This document shows, piece by piece, positions 6,540-15,382 of a stretch of DNA of 27,146 nt. Source of the stretch: a virus (taxonomy: Duplodnaviria > Caudoviricetes); IMG/VR virus record IMGVR_UViG_3300018073_000022, positions 1 to 27,146 of that record; one strand, 5' to 3'. The translations under genes and the position numbers were made by a program. The notes under the pieces were generated by a model. It worked only from the letters and a program-made list of their open reading frames with translations, did no database searches and was not told the DNA's origin. Numbering within the stretch: position 1 is the stretch's first letter; each line of letters begins with the position of its first letter.

Positions 6540-7342
6540 TGTCCGTGAACGTAGACAAGTCGCGCGGGTTCGTCGTCCTGTACCGGACGATCGAGGAACA
6601 CCTGCTCTGGACCCAACACCCCCCTGCCTACCTGAAAGTCTGGATCTACTGCCTGCTCAAGGCTACCTACAAGCCACGCAAATATTGGGATGGGCACAAG
6701 GAAGTCGAACTCCCGATCGGCGGTTTCGTCAGCGGCTCCATCGAAATGGCGCGCAAATGCAACATGTCGCGAGGGCAAGTGCGGCGCGCACTTGAGGTGC
6801 TCGAAGCCAGCCAGATGTTGACCTCGAAATCGACCAACAAATTTACCGTGTATGTGGTTGTAAACTTTGAGCGTTACCAGAACGAGAACCTGCCGACCGG
6901 CCAACAAACAACCAACAAACTGCCATCAAACGACCATCAACCGGCCACTAACAACAAAGAAACAACTACAGAGAGTATTCAGAAAGAGAAGATTGCGCCT
7001 CCGGCGCGGAAGCGCGACATTCTCTTCGACGAGTTCTGGAAGATTGTCTGGCTGAAGCGCGGCAAGGATAATGCGAAGACTGCTTGGCTGAAGAAGGTAA
7101 GGTCAGAGGAGGACTGCCACCGAATCATCGCCGCAGCTAAGGCGCAAGGTCCACAACTCCTCGCCGAGGCAGCAGCTAGCAACCGGACCCCTATCTACCC
7201 GGCCACATGGCTTAACGGTGGGCATTATGACAACGAAGACTTGCTCCCCTTCGATGCCACACCTACCACCACCCCAGAAGAGCAAGCCGAAAAAGCCAGG
7301 AGACTCCTGGCATCCAAACCAACGAAAGAAAGACTCCAATGA
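6539..7342 (+). CDS. Phage replication initiator / replisome organiser (lambda O/DnaD-like); true start may be GTG 6545
   Basis: GFVVLYR...W...LKVWIYCLLKA, winged-HTH-like MSRGQVRRALEVL..., VVNFERYQ, T/N/Q-rich linker, C-terminal FDEFW...K.GK..AK.AW and YPATWLNG..YD; directly upstream of DnaB. AAGGA sits 6 nt before GTG 6545. Confidence 0.85.
   Translation: MSVNVDKSRGFVVLYRTIEEHLLWTQHPPAYLKVWIYCLLKATYKPRKYWDGHKEVELPIGGFVSGSIEMARKCNMSRGQVRRALEVLEASQMLTSKSTNKFTVYVVVNFERYQNENLPTGQQTTNKLPSNDHQPATNNKETTTESIQKEKIAPPARKRDILFDEFWKIVWLKRGKDNAKTAWLKKVRSEEDCHRIIAAAKAQGPQLLAEAAASNRTPIYPATWLNGGHYDNEDLLPFDATPTTTPEEQAEKARRLLASKPTKERLQ
6901..6955 (+). repeat. Five imperfect 11-bp tandem repeats, candidate iterons of the replication origin
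   Basis: CCAACAAACAA / CCAACAAACTG / CCATCAAACGA / CCATCAACCGG / CCACTAACAAC inside the initiator linker, followed by an A-rich tract. Confidence 0.65.
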
Positions 7343-8673
7343 CCCACCAACAAACCCCAAACCTGATCCCGCCCAATTTGCCCGAGGCCATCGAAACCGA
7401 GAAGCTGGTGCTCGGCGTCCTCCTTACCGACGCCGAAGCCACCAGCGCCATCCTGGCGTTACAGCGGGATGATCTATACCTCGAACAACACAAGCGAATC
7501 CTCGACGCTGCCCGCTGGTGCTACGACAACGGCCAGGAGGTGACGCTCTACTCGGTTCACCAGCGCCTCGCCGATCAGCGGCATGCCGAAAGCGTGGGCG
7601 GCCTCGCCTACCTGAGCGGACTGGTAATCGTGTCGAAGATCCTCGACATCGAAAGCTACCTCGGCATCCTGCGGAACAAGTCCACCCTCCGGCGCGCAGC
7701 CATCGCCGCCCATGAACTCGCCGAGCGGATGTGCCTGCCGGGTGCCGGTACCGAAGACATCCGGGCAGCCGAAGCCCTGCTGCGGGATCTCGGTTCGCGT
7801 ACTGAAAAGCGGTTGGGTCTCCGGGGATTAGGCGAACTCATCGAAGAGTACGGCGGCATCGAAGCATTCCTGGCTCCGCCAAAGGACGAAGTTGTGCCGA
7901 CCCCGTGGAAGAAACTCAACAAGCTCCTGACTGGAGGCGGCTTCATGCCCGGTCAGTTGGTGGTGATCGGAGCGCGGACGGGTTTGGGTAAGAGTGCTGT
8001 GGCAGCCATGATCGCCCGCTATGCCCAGGATGAAGGAGTCGCGGTGTTCTCCCTGGAAATGACCGCGCGGGAGATCTGGCTCCGCATGATCTCATCCGCC
8101 TCCGAGGTTCCGCTGAAGGCGCTGATCGAGGGGACAGTCTATGATCCGGCGAAACGCCGGGACGTTCAGAGGGTGATATCTGAATTAGTCGAAACCAAGA
8201 TCAAGGTCGACGATGCGGCCAGCTCAACGGTGTCCGCGATTGTCGCAGCCATCAAGCGGGCCAAGGGGATTAAGCTGGTGATCGTCGATTACATGCAGAT
8301 TCTCAATCCGGTCGGCAGTAAAGGCCAACACCGCGTCGAACAAGTGGGAGAACTCAGCCGTGGCCTGAAGCTCGCCGCCAATGAATTGAAACTGCCGTTC
8401 ATCGTGTTGTCCCAACTGAACCGGGAGAGTGCCAAGGATGATCGCCCACCGCAACTCCACGATCTGCGTGAATCTGGTTCGATCGAGCAGGACGCCAATA
8501 CCGTGATGTTCCTTCACGCCAGCCAGAAAGAAGTAAGCGAGGCGATCGAGTATAACCGGCCCAGTGGACTGGAACTGATCATCCGCAAGCAGCGCAATGG
8601 CACCACCGGGAAAATCAAGTTAGCATTCTCCGCAGCCACGATGCAGATATGGGAGCAAGGCAGTGAAGCGTAA
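7339..8673 (+). CDS. dnaB: Replicative DNA helicase, DnaB family
   Basis: P.AIETEKLVLG N-domain, Walker A GARTGLGKS, FSLEM, IVDYMQ, LSQLNR, DLRESGSIEQDA, KQRNG.TG. Confidence 0.97.
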   Translation: MTHQQTPNLIPPNLPEAIETEKLVLGVLLTDAEATSAILALQRDDLYLEQHKRILDAARWCYDNGQEVTLYSVHQRLADQRHAESVGGLAYLSGLVIVSKILDIESYLGILRNKSTLRRAAIAAHELAERMCLPGAGTEDIRAAEALLRDLGSRTEKRLGLRGLGELIEEYGGIEAFLAPPKDEVVPTPWKKLNKLLTGGGFMPGQLVVIGARTGLGKSAVAAMIARYAQDEGVAVFSLEMTAREIWLRMISSASEVPLKALIEGTVYDPAKRRDVQRVISELVETKIKVDDAASSTVSAIVAAIKRAKGIKLVIVDYMQILNPVGSKGQHRVEQVGELSRGLKLAANELKLPFIVLSQLNRESAKDDRPPQLHDLRESGSIEQDANTVMFLHASQKEVSEAIEYNRPSGLELIIRKQRNGTTGKIKLAFSAATMQIWEQGSEA

Positions 8674-8812
8674 ACCACCTGAGAAAGTGTCGATTCATAA
8701 GTACCTCACCGAACGTGAGGGTAAGACCTGGACCCGCGTTAATACCGAGGCGGTGTTACAGGCTATGCGTGATGATAGGCTCATCGCAGTTAGAACGGCG
8801 AGAGCATCGTAG
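8663..8812 (+). CDS. Small hypothetical protein (49 aa), not in ORF track
   Basis: GGGAG SD, GTG start overlapping the dnaB end; fills the gap up to the next SD; MKRKPPEKVSIHKYLTEREGKTWTRVNTEAVLQAMRDDRLIAVRTARAS*. Confidence 0.45.
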   Translation: MKRKPPEKVSIHKYLTEREGKTWTRVNTEAVLQAMRDDRLIAVRTARAS

Positions 8813-8821
8813 GAGAAGCAC

Positions 8822-9127
8822 ATGGCAGAAGAGACCCCGAAATCCCCGGAAAATTCCGGTGAAGCGAAAGAGCATCTGCACGAGTGGAAGAACCTGGAAC
8901 CGGGCAAGTGGCGCTGCACCATCTGCCAGATAGAGGGCATCGGCCCAGTGAAGTACGCGAAGTGCTTGGTCTGCGGGTATCCGGCCGCCCTGCACCTCGG
9001 CGGCCCCGACGATCATGGCTTTCCCTACGTGCCCGTCACCAACGACGACGTCACGCTCTGGCGTAAAGCAGGAGACTCCGAGCAAGCCATCATGTCGAGA
9101 ATCGCAGCAAGGGGCATGGCCGAATGA
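8822..9127 (+). CDS. Cys/His-rich hypothetical protein (101 aa)
   Basis: AGGAG SD; HxHxW...CTIC...CLVC...H...H putative zinc ligands. Confidence 0.75.
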   Translation: MAEETPKSPENSGEAKEHLHEWKNLEPGKWRCTICQIEGIGPVKYAKCLVCGYPAALHLGGPDDHGFPYVPVTNDDVTLWRKAGDSEQAIMSRIAARGMAE

Positions 9128-9432
9128 GCGAGCCGACCTGCTACGAGTGCCGGTACTGGGACAAGGTCACCTCGTACCCCGACAAGCGCAACTCCGGGCT
9201 CTGCCGCATCCACCCGCCCGTGCGCAACGACACCGACAACGACGACTGGGGCTGGCCCGTCACCTACGACGAGGACTGGTGTGGTGAGTGGGTCCAACTA
9301 GTGCGGTCGCCGGAACTCCCGCGGAAGAAAAGGCATGACCCCGTCTTCCCCTCCGAGGAGCAGTACTGGCGCAGCCGCGGCGACTCCGAAGAAGACATCG
9401 CATTACGCATCGCCGTGAGGGGCAGGGCATGA
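9124..9432 (+). CDS. Four-Cys metal-binding hypothetical protein (102 aa)
   Basis: CYECRYW...GLCRIHPP...WPVT..EDWCGEW; ATGA overlaps. Confidence 0.8.
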   Translation: MSEPTCYECRYWDKVTSYPDKRNSGLCRIHPPVRNDTDNDDWGWPVTYDEDWCGEWVQLVRSPELPRKKRHDPVFPSEEQYWRSRGDSEEDIALRIAVRGRA

Positions 9433-9635
9433 GCGGAGACAAGCTCTGCAAGAACTGCCAGAACTGGTCAGCTCGCAACGTAGACGTCGGCATCTGCACC
9501 CTCAACCCGCGGGTCTGGGCCGGCTCCTGGGAATACCCCGCGCAGTTCGCTCTCGACACCTGCAGTCACTTCGAGGCAAAGACCGTGCTCGCGCCCGTCG
9601 CGAAAGGCAAGGCTAAGAGTGGCGAGAAACTTTAG
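9429..9635 (+). CDS. Four-Cys metal-binding hypothetical protein (68 aa), probable paralogue of the preceding gene's N-domain
   Basis: CKNCQNW...GICTLNP...YP.....DTCSHF. Confidence 0.75.
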   Translation: MSGDKLCKNCQNWSARNVDVGICTLNPRVWAGSWEYPAQFALDTCSHFEAKTVLAPVAKGKAKSGEKL

Positions 9636-10848
9636 CTCGTGGATCCGCAGCTACCTCGAGTACTGTGAATTCTCGGAGCCGCCGGAGATTTTTTCATACT
9701 GGGTGGCGATTTCGACGATTGCTGGAGCTTTGCAGGGCAAGTGCTTTATCGACATGGGAACTTTTGAGTGGACACCCCACTGTTATATTCTCCTGATCGG
9801 CCCGTCAGGCAGCGGTAAAACTACGGCGATAAATGCGGGCATGCGGCTGCTGCGGAAAGTGAAAGGCGTGCGCATGGGGAGTGAGTCCATCACTTGGCAA
9901 GCCGTAATTGACGAACTCGGCGACGCGGCAGCCGGAGGCACAGGTATACGTGCAAGGGGTGGGATACGGAAGCACTCCTCGGTCACCTACGGATTGGGTG
10001 AGTTGGGTACCTTCCTCGATCCCAGAGATAAAAAGCTTATGGCCGAACTGACCCAGTTGTGGTCTGGAGACGGCAGCGATGAGTTCAAGAGGCGCACCCG
10101 CCGGGATGGCGGGCGCATCATCGAAAGGCCACACCTTAACCTCATCGCAGGAGCGACACCGGCATGGGTTTCAGAGAACCTGCCTCCGTCTCTCATTAGC
10201 ACCGGGTTCACTAGCCGGTGCATTTTAGTCTTCGCGGAATCCAAGAAGACTCTGGTGCCCTACCCAAAGCGGGCTGCCGAGCAGGGGCGCGGCTACGTGC
10301 CAGACATGGCATCCAAACTCATCGAGGATCTGGAGAAGATCGCTCTGCTCAAAGGTGAGTTCACACTGAGTGAAGCCGCCTATGCCCTCGGCACGGATTG
10401 GTACCTGCAATTTTCTAAACAGCCGCCGGTGGGATTATCCCCCGACACGTTCGGTGGCTACCTTCAGCGTCGACAGGCTCACGCTCACAAAATTTCTATG
10501 GCTATCTCTGCGGCGCAGGGAGACTCGATGATCATCGAGGCCAAGCATCTCGAAGAGGCCATCACAATTTTGAGTTCAACCGAGAAAGCAATGCCGGAAG
10601 CCCTGGCAGGAGTGAACGATGAACTGCGGCCGGCGCTCCGCGTGGAGGAAACGCTCAGGAAGTATGCCGAAGTTCCGACAGTCGAACTCTACCAGCGCTT
10701 CCGAAGCAAGATGGACTGGCGATCTTTCCAATCCATTCTCAAGAACCTGGAAGATGCTGGTCTAGTCGCCGAAGTGATCACGCCACACGGTCGCGCAATC
10801 AAATGGCTAGGTGCGTCACCCAACCCAACAGACAGACTCCCTTCCTAG
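9619..10848 (+). CDS. DUF3987-type P-loop ATPase (putative helicase) with C-terminal winged-helix-like domain
   Basis: EPP..F..W.AIS.IAGAL, Walker A GPSGSGKTTA, ELGTFL, LTQLW, NLIAGATP.W, GFTSR.ILVF. Confidence 0.8.
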   Translation: MARNFSSWIRSYLEYCEFSEPPEIFSYWVAISTIAGALQGKCFIDMGTFEWTPHCYILLIGPSGSGKTTAINAGMRLLRKVKGVRMGSESITWQAVIDELGDAAAGGTGIRARGGIRKHSSVTYGLGELGTFLDPRDKKLMAELTQLWSGDGSDEFKRRTRRDGGRIIERPHLNLIAGATPAWVSENLPPSLISTGFTSRCILVFAESKKTLVPYPKRAAEQGRGYVPDMASKLIEDLEKIALLKGEFTLSEAAYALGTDWYLQFSKQPPVGLSPDTFGGYLQRRQAHAHKISMAISAAQGDSMIIEAKHLEEAITILSSTEKAMPEALAGVNDELRPALRVEETLRKYAEVPTVELYQRFRSKMDWRSFQSILKNLEDAGLVAEVITPHGRAIKWLGASPNPTDRLPS

Positions 10849-10852
10849 GCCG

Positions 10853-13800
10853 CTACTGCGCGGGAGCCAGTTGCGGGTAGGCGCGCTGTCTGCGTTCCCG
10901 CAATTCCTGCCACTGCCGGCGCGGGCCGATGTTGCCTTTCTCGGTGCGCTGCTGCAGCCGTTCGCGGTTCATGTAGTTCCGGTGGTACTCGCCGAGGTGG
11001 CGCGCGAAGCCCTCGGGCAGAATCTCCTCGTTGGTTTTCCTGATCTCCTCGTTGACCGCCGCCTTATCGGCTTCGTCTCCGGACTCCTGCGCCCGGTTGT
11101 AATCCTTCTGCAGGTTGGCGATGAGGTTGGTGTAGTAGATCTGATGCTCGCGCGCGGCCCAGTTTGCCTCGCGAGCCTGCGTCACACGCTTCGATTGGAT
11201 GCCTCCTGCGATGCCCACCATCTCAGCGACGTGCGCGGGATCCGCGGTGTCCATCGGTACGACCAGGTTGCCCTGCGCATCCCTGACGCCGCCCTCGCTG
11301 GCGGCCCAGCCCGCTTCCGCCAACTGGCCGAGAAACTTCGGCAGCACAGATTTCAAGAACCGGAGCGATTCGGGGCTGTCCTCGACGAGCGCCTTCATGG
11401 CGTCCATACCCGTCCCGAGCGCCACGCCGCCGACATCCCGCGCCTCCCTTTCGACGAAGGTCTTCCAGTCGACGGTGCCATGAGCGAGGTCGAGCAAGGG
11501 ATCAATCAAAGGCAGCACGCGGCCCTGCCCGAATGATCCACTCAAGTCGAACAGGTTCCCCGGTATCCCGCCCGAGATACCGTGCAGCAGCAGCTCGGTG
11601 GGAATCTGGCCCACCTTCATGGTCATGTACTCGCGAATGTCGTTGACGATGTCGACGTGCGGATTCTTGTAGCCGAATTCTTTCTTGAGCCAGGAGCCCA
11701 GCGCATTCAGAAACTTGATCAAGTGTTCTGAACCCATGGCTCCTTGCAATCCCGACATCACCAGATGCGCCAGCCACAACCGCTTCCAGTACTTGCTCGA
11801 CCCTTGCAGGAAAATATTATTGGCCGTGTAACTCTTGAACATCATCATGTTCGGGAACGTTGCCTGCAGCCATGAGCGATTCGAGGGAGCATTGTAGCCC
11901 TGCGATAACTTGACCACCTTGATGGCCCCTTCGTAGGGATTGGGATGGCCCGCTTTCTCCAGAGCGCGGAAGGTCGCGAGGAAAGCCACCTGCCGGTTGT
12001 ACTCCTCGCTGATCTGATGGCCCCTGAGAAACAGCTCGGGAATCCAGGTGGAGGCTTCTCCAATGCTCCGGCCGCCACGCTCCCCCTTGAGGCCGAGCGC
12101 CCAGCCGAGCATCCGCTCGGAGAGATTGCCATGGGCATGCGAGGCGATGTTGGCGGCCTGGGTATCGCCCAAGACACCCGAGTCCATGGCCTTCTCCATG
12201 GCTTCCCACTCATGCGGCTTGATCTTACCGGTGTAGACGTACTGATCGGGCGCACCCGTGATTTTGCCCTTGATCTTCCGGTAGGCCCGCACCGTATAGA
12301 CGCGGCTCATATCCCACATCGCCTTGCCGGTTTCTGTGTAGGCCAGAGGCGCTCCCACGGTTGCGCCGGGTACGCCGGGAACCTCTTGGTCGGCCAGGAT
12401 CGGGGCGGTGATCATGGACTGGCCGAGGTTGACCAGGATCTGCTTGGGATTCAAGCTGAAGTACCACGCATTCATGGCACCGGCGGCGGCATAGCCGCGC
12501 ACCTTGGGGTTGAGCATGGCGACGTTGGCGTCCTGCATGACTTTGAGGAGCTGCTGAATCCTGATGGTGTCCGCGCCGCCAGCGCCGCGCCCCAGGCTGC
12601 TGATCGCGTCCTTGGCATCGATCACGGCTTGCTGCAGGTTGTGGCTCTCCTGGGTATCCCCCATGTGCCTGGCGTGCGACTGAGTGTAAGCGGCGAGCGA
12701 GCGCAGGCCGTCAGTGCTGAAGCCGGCGGTGCCCTTCGCACGCTTCAGGTGCTGGAGGAAGGAGTTGTCGGTGATCCGGTCGCCCACCATCTTGCTCAGG
12801 TCGACGCGCTGTTCAGCGGTGAGGCCAAGCTCTTCGGCGAGCCGGGCGGCCATGTCGGGCGGGAGACTCGAGAGGTTCTGGATATCGGCACTCAGCTTTT
12901 CGCTGACGTTGACGTCGGCTTTGATCCCGGCTTTCGCGTACTGCTCATCCAGATTCGCTTTGGCTTGCCGAGCGGCTCTCGCGGTTTCAAAGTGCGCCTG
13001 CTGGTCGATCTTTCCCCCCACGAAAGCCGAGACCATGTAGGAGCCAAAACGCTTCAGGGGATAGTAGTGGCGCGCGGCCTGCTCGGCGAACTGCTCATTG
13101 GTTTTCTGGATGGCCTTGCCGAGCACAACCGGATCTTCGACGGTGGACTGGAGCTTTCGAATCTGGGCCACCCGCAAGCCGTCGAGCGACTCACGAAAGT
13201 AACCCTGCAACTGCTCATACACGGCGAGACCCTTGTCATCGACGCCATGGTTATCGGCGATCTTCGCCACTTCCTCGATGGTGAGGGGACGGTCGATCTT
13301 GATTTCCTCCAGCCTCACCTGGAAGGCGAAGTCGAAGAAAGCTTTTCTGTTCGCCTTACCGAGGCTGACGATCGCCTTGTAGACCCGGCCGCCTTTGTTC
13401 TGCCAATGGGAGATGGCCGCATCCCGGCGTTCCTGCGCTTGGATCTGATCCTGGATGGGCTGGAAATCGGGATAACGTTGGGCTGCCTGATAAAGCTGGA
13501 GAGTTCTGCGCCTGACCCAGCCGAAAGCTCGGGTGGGCCATTCGAGTTGTGCTCGGAGGGGTGCCTCAGGGTCTGACTCGGGGAACTGCGTCGGATCTAC
13601 GGGCGGAGGCAGCGGGGGAGGCTCAGTGGAAACCTGCGCTAGCTGGCCCTGTGGCAAGCCGATGGACTGGGTGGCTGTCAGGGACGCGGGAACGCCAGCG
13701 GGCGCTCCTGGGGCCGTTTGCGGGCCAACAGGAGGGGTTCCTGGGACAGGCTGGGGAACGGCAAGCTTCTGCGCCTCGCGGTATACGAGCTGCGCCACCG

Positions 13801-15382
13801 GCCGCGCTTCCGCGCCGAACTTGGCGACGATGTGCTCAATGGCATTCTTCGCGTTGACGAAGCCACTCCGTATGTCGTCGGCGATCACTATCGCCATGTC
13901 TCCGATCCACTCAACATCGGCGAAGGGGTTGGCAGAGAGCAGGCTGCCGCGCTTACGGAGCCGCTCCTTCGATGCTTCGACCTTCGCGGCCCAACCCGTG
14001 AGCGCCGGCTTCTCTACCGGCTCCCCGGCTGCCTGGAGAACGCGGTCAACGAGTACATCCGCGCCGGCATCGGGAGCAGCAGCAGGCGGTAGTGCCTCTG
14101 CCTGTACTTGTAATGCTCCTTGGGAAAGGTCCGGGATGGGAGGGACAATTGTCACCGGAACGGGAGCCGCTGGTATCGCTTCCTGAGGAGGTTGGATATC
14201 CACGCTCGGCTGCACGGGCAGAGGCGCTGTCGGCGTGGGAGGCCCTCCGCTGATACCCGACATTCGAACCGCCGGAGTGGCGAGAGGCTGTGGGCGAACG
14301 GAGAGTCGCGGCTCAACCGGCGCAGGAGCAGCAGGCGGATACGTGACGGTAGACTGGACCTGCTCGGTCACGCCAGCAGGCAGCGGAGGCGCAGCACCTT
14401 GGTGAGCCACCGCATGCGCGCCACCCTCAAGTAGCGTGCCGACGAGGAAACTCTCCATCACTCGCCAGAACGGGTCGGTCTGCGGAATGTCGAAGAACTT
14501 CTCGTGCAGGATGGCGAGAATCTCCTGCACAGCCTCAGTGCCGCCGCCGACACCGGCCGTCGAGAGCACTCCCTTGGTGATGCCTTTCATGGCAAGCACA
14601 GGGCCGAGGCTGTTGAGAGCAGAGATTAAGCCGCCTACGGCTATAGACGACGCCGGCGCGTCTACGCCACCCTTGAGTTGCTCGTTGTAGCGAGCGCCAA
14701 TGTCGTTGAGACCGCTCATCAGAAAAGCGCCGGGAGGACCACCGAGCAAACCGCCTGCCACCGTGGCGGCGAACGGTCCGACCTGACTCCCTACAGCACG
14801 CCCGACGGCTTCGGGAAACTTAGTGGGATCCGCCACCGCCTCCTTGAGCGAAGGCCCCTGCTTCGCCATGAAGTCCTGGTACGCCTTGCTCGTGATGATC
14901 TTCTTGCCCTTGAGATCGCCGATGGCCTTCGAGATGACGTTGAGGTCAGCAGGTTTAGCACCTCGCATCCGCTCACCGAAGCGGATAAAGGGTTCATCGA
15001 TGTTCTCCTTCAACTTGGCTCCGGCTTGCAGGGTGCCGAGGACATTCTCGGCGACGGTCGGAATACTCTGCGCTGCGCCGGTGATCGCCGGGAGCAAGGC
15101 TCCGATCGGATCGACGGTTCTCCTGACCGCTTGGCCGACGATCTGGGAGTAGGAGGGAAGCGCAACAGGAGCCTGCTGCGGAAGCGTCCCGGTGGCACTG
15201 GGCGGGGCGGTCAGCGGAGCTTGTTCCGGCACGAAGCCGGGAGGAGGCGGAGGTGGAGCTACCGCTACAGGAATAAATCCAGGCGGGGGCGGCGGCGCAC
15301 CAGCCGGGAGTCCCCTCACCGTCACGCTGCTCTCAGGGACAAACCCCGGCGGCGGCGGCGGAATTATGGCGCGGGTACCCAT
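10853..15382 (-). CDS. Large internal virion/ejection protein with PLxRFG domain (1509 aa)
   Basis: Last and largest gene of the structural operon; YYPLKRFGSY motif near 13040-13066; N-terminal PPPPPGF repeats; Gly/Ala-rich hydrophobic segments. Confidence 0.8.
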   Translation of the reverse strand: MGTRAIIPPPPPGFVPESSVTVRGLPAGAPPPPPGFIPVAVAPPPPPPGFVPEQAPLTAPPSATGTLPQQAPVALPSYSQIVGQAVRRTVDPIGALLPAITGAAQSIPTVAENVLGTLQAGAKLKENIDEPFIRFGERMRGAKPADLNVISKAIGDLKGKKIITSKAYQDFMAKQGPSLKEAVADPTKFPEAVGRAVGSQVGPFAATVAGGLLGGPPGAFLMSGLNDIGARYNEQLKGGVDAPASSIAVGGLISALNSLGPVLAMKGITKGVLSTAGVGGGTEAVQEILAILHEKFFDIPQTDPFWRVMESFLVGTLLEGGAHAVAHQGAAPPLPAGVTEQVQSTVTYPPAAPAPVEPRLSVRPQPLATPAVRMSGISGGPPTPTAPLPVQPSVDIQPPQEAIPAAPVPVTIVPPIPDLSQGALQVQAEALPPAAAPDAGADVLVDRVLQAAGEPVEKPALTGWAAKVEASKERLRKRGSLLSANPFADVEWIGDMAIVIADDIRSGFVNAKNAIEHIVAKFGAEARPVAQLVYREAQKLAVPQPVPGTPPVGPQTAPGAPAGVPASLTATQSIGLPQGQLAQVSTEPPPLPPPVDPTQFPESDPEAPLRAQLEWPTRAFGWVRRRTLQLYQAAQRYPDFQPIQDQIQAQERRDAAISHWQNKGGRVYKAIVSLGKANRKAFFDFAFQVRLEEIKIDRPLTIEEVAKIADNHGVDDKGLAVYEQLQGYFRESLDGLRVAQIRKLQSTVEDPVVLGKAIQKTNEQFAEQAARHYYPLKRFGSYMVSAFVGGKIDQQAHFETARAARQAKANLDEQYAKAGIKADVNVSEKLSADIQNLSSLPPDMAARLAEELGLTAEQRVDLSKMVGDRITDNSFLQHLKRAKGTAGFSTDGLRSLAAYTQSHARHMGDTQESHNLQQAVIDAKDAISSLGRGAGGADTIRIQQLLKVMQDANVAMLNPKVRGYAAAGAMNAWYFSLNPKQILVNLGQSMITAPILADQEVPGVPGATVGAPLAYTETGKAMWDMSRVYTVRAYRKIKGKITGAPDQYVYTGKIKPHEWEAMEKAMDSGVLGDTQAANIASHAHGNLSERMLGWALGLKGERGGRSIGEASTWIPELFLRGHQISEEYNRQVAFLATFRALEKAGHPNPYEGAIKVVKLSQGYNAPSNRSWLQATFPNMMMFKSYTANNIFLQGSSKYWKRLWLAHLVMSGLQGAMGSEHLIKFLNALGSWLKKEFGYKNPHVDIVNDIREYMTMKVGQIPTELLLHGISGGIPGNLFDLSGSFGQGRVLPLIDPLLDLAHGTVDWKTFVEREARDVGGVALGTGMDAMKALVEDSPESLRFLKSVLPKFLGQLAEAGWAASEGGVRDAQGNLVVPMDTADPAHVAEMVGIAGGIQSKRVTQAREANWAAREHQIYYTNLIANLQKDYNRAQESGDEADKAAVNEEIRKTNEEILPEGFARHLGEYHRNYMNRERLQQRTEKGNIGPRRQWQELRERRQRAYPQLAPAQ

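Noticed and set aside
11945-13576. 543-aa + strand ORF and the many other long antisense/shadow ORFs in the track
   Set aside because: They lie opposite well-supported genes, have no recognisable motifs or RBS, and are expected from GC3-biased coding on the other strand.
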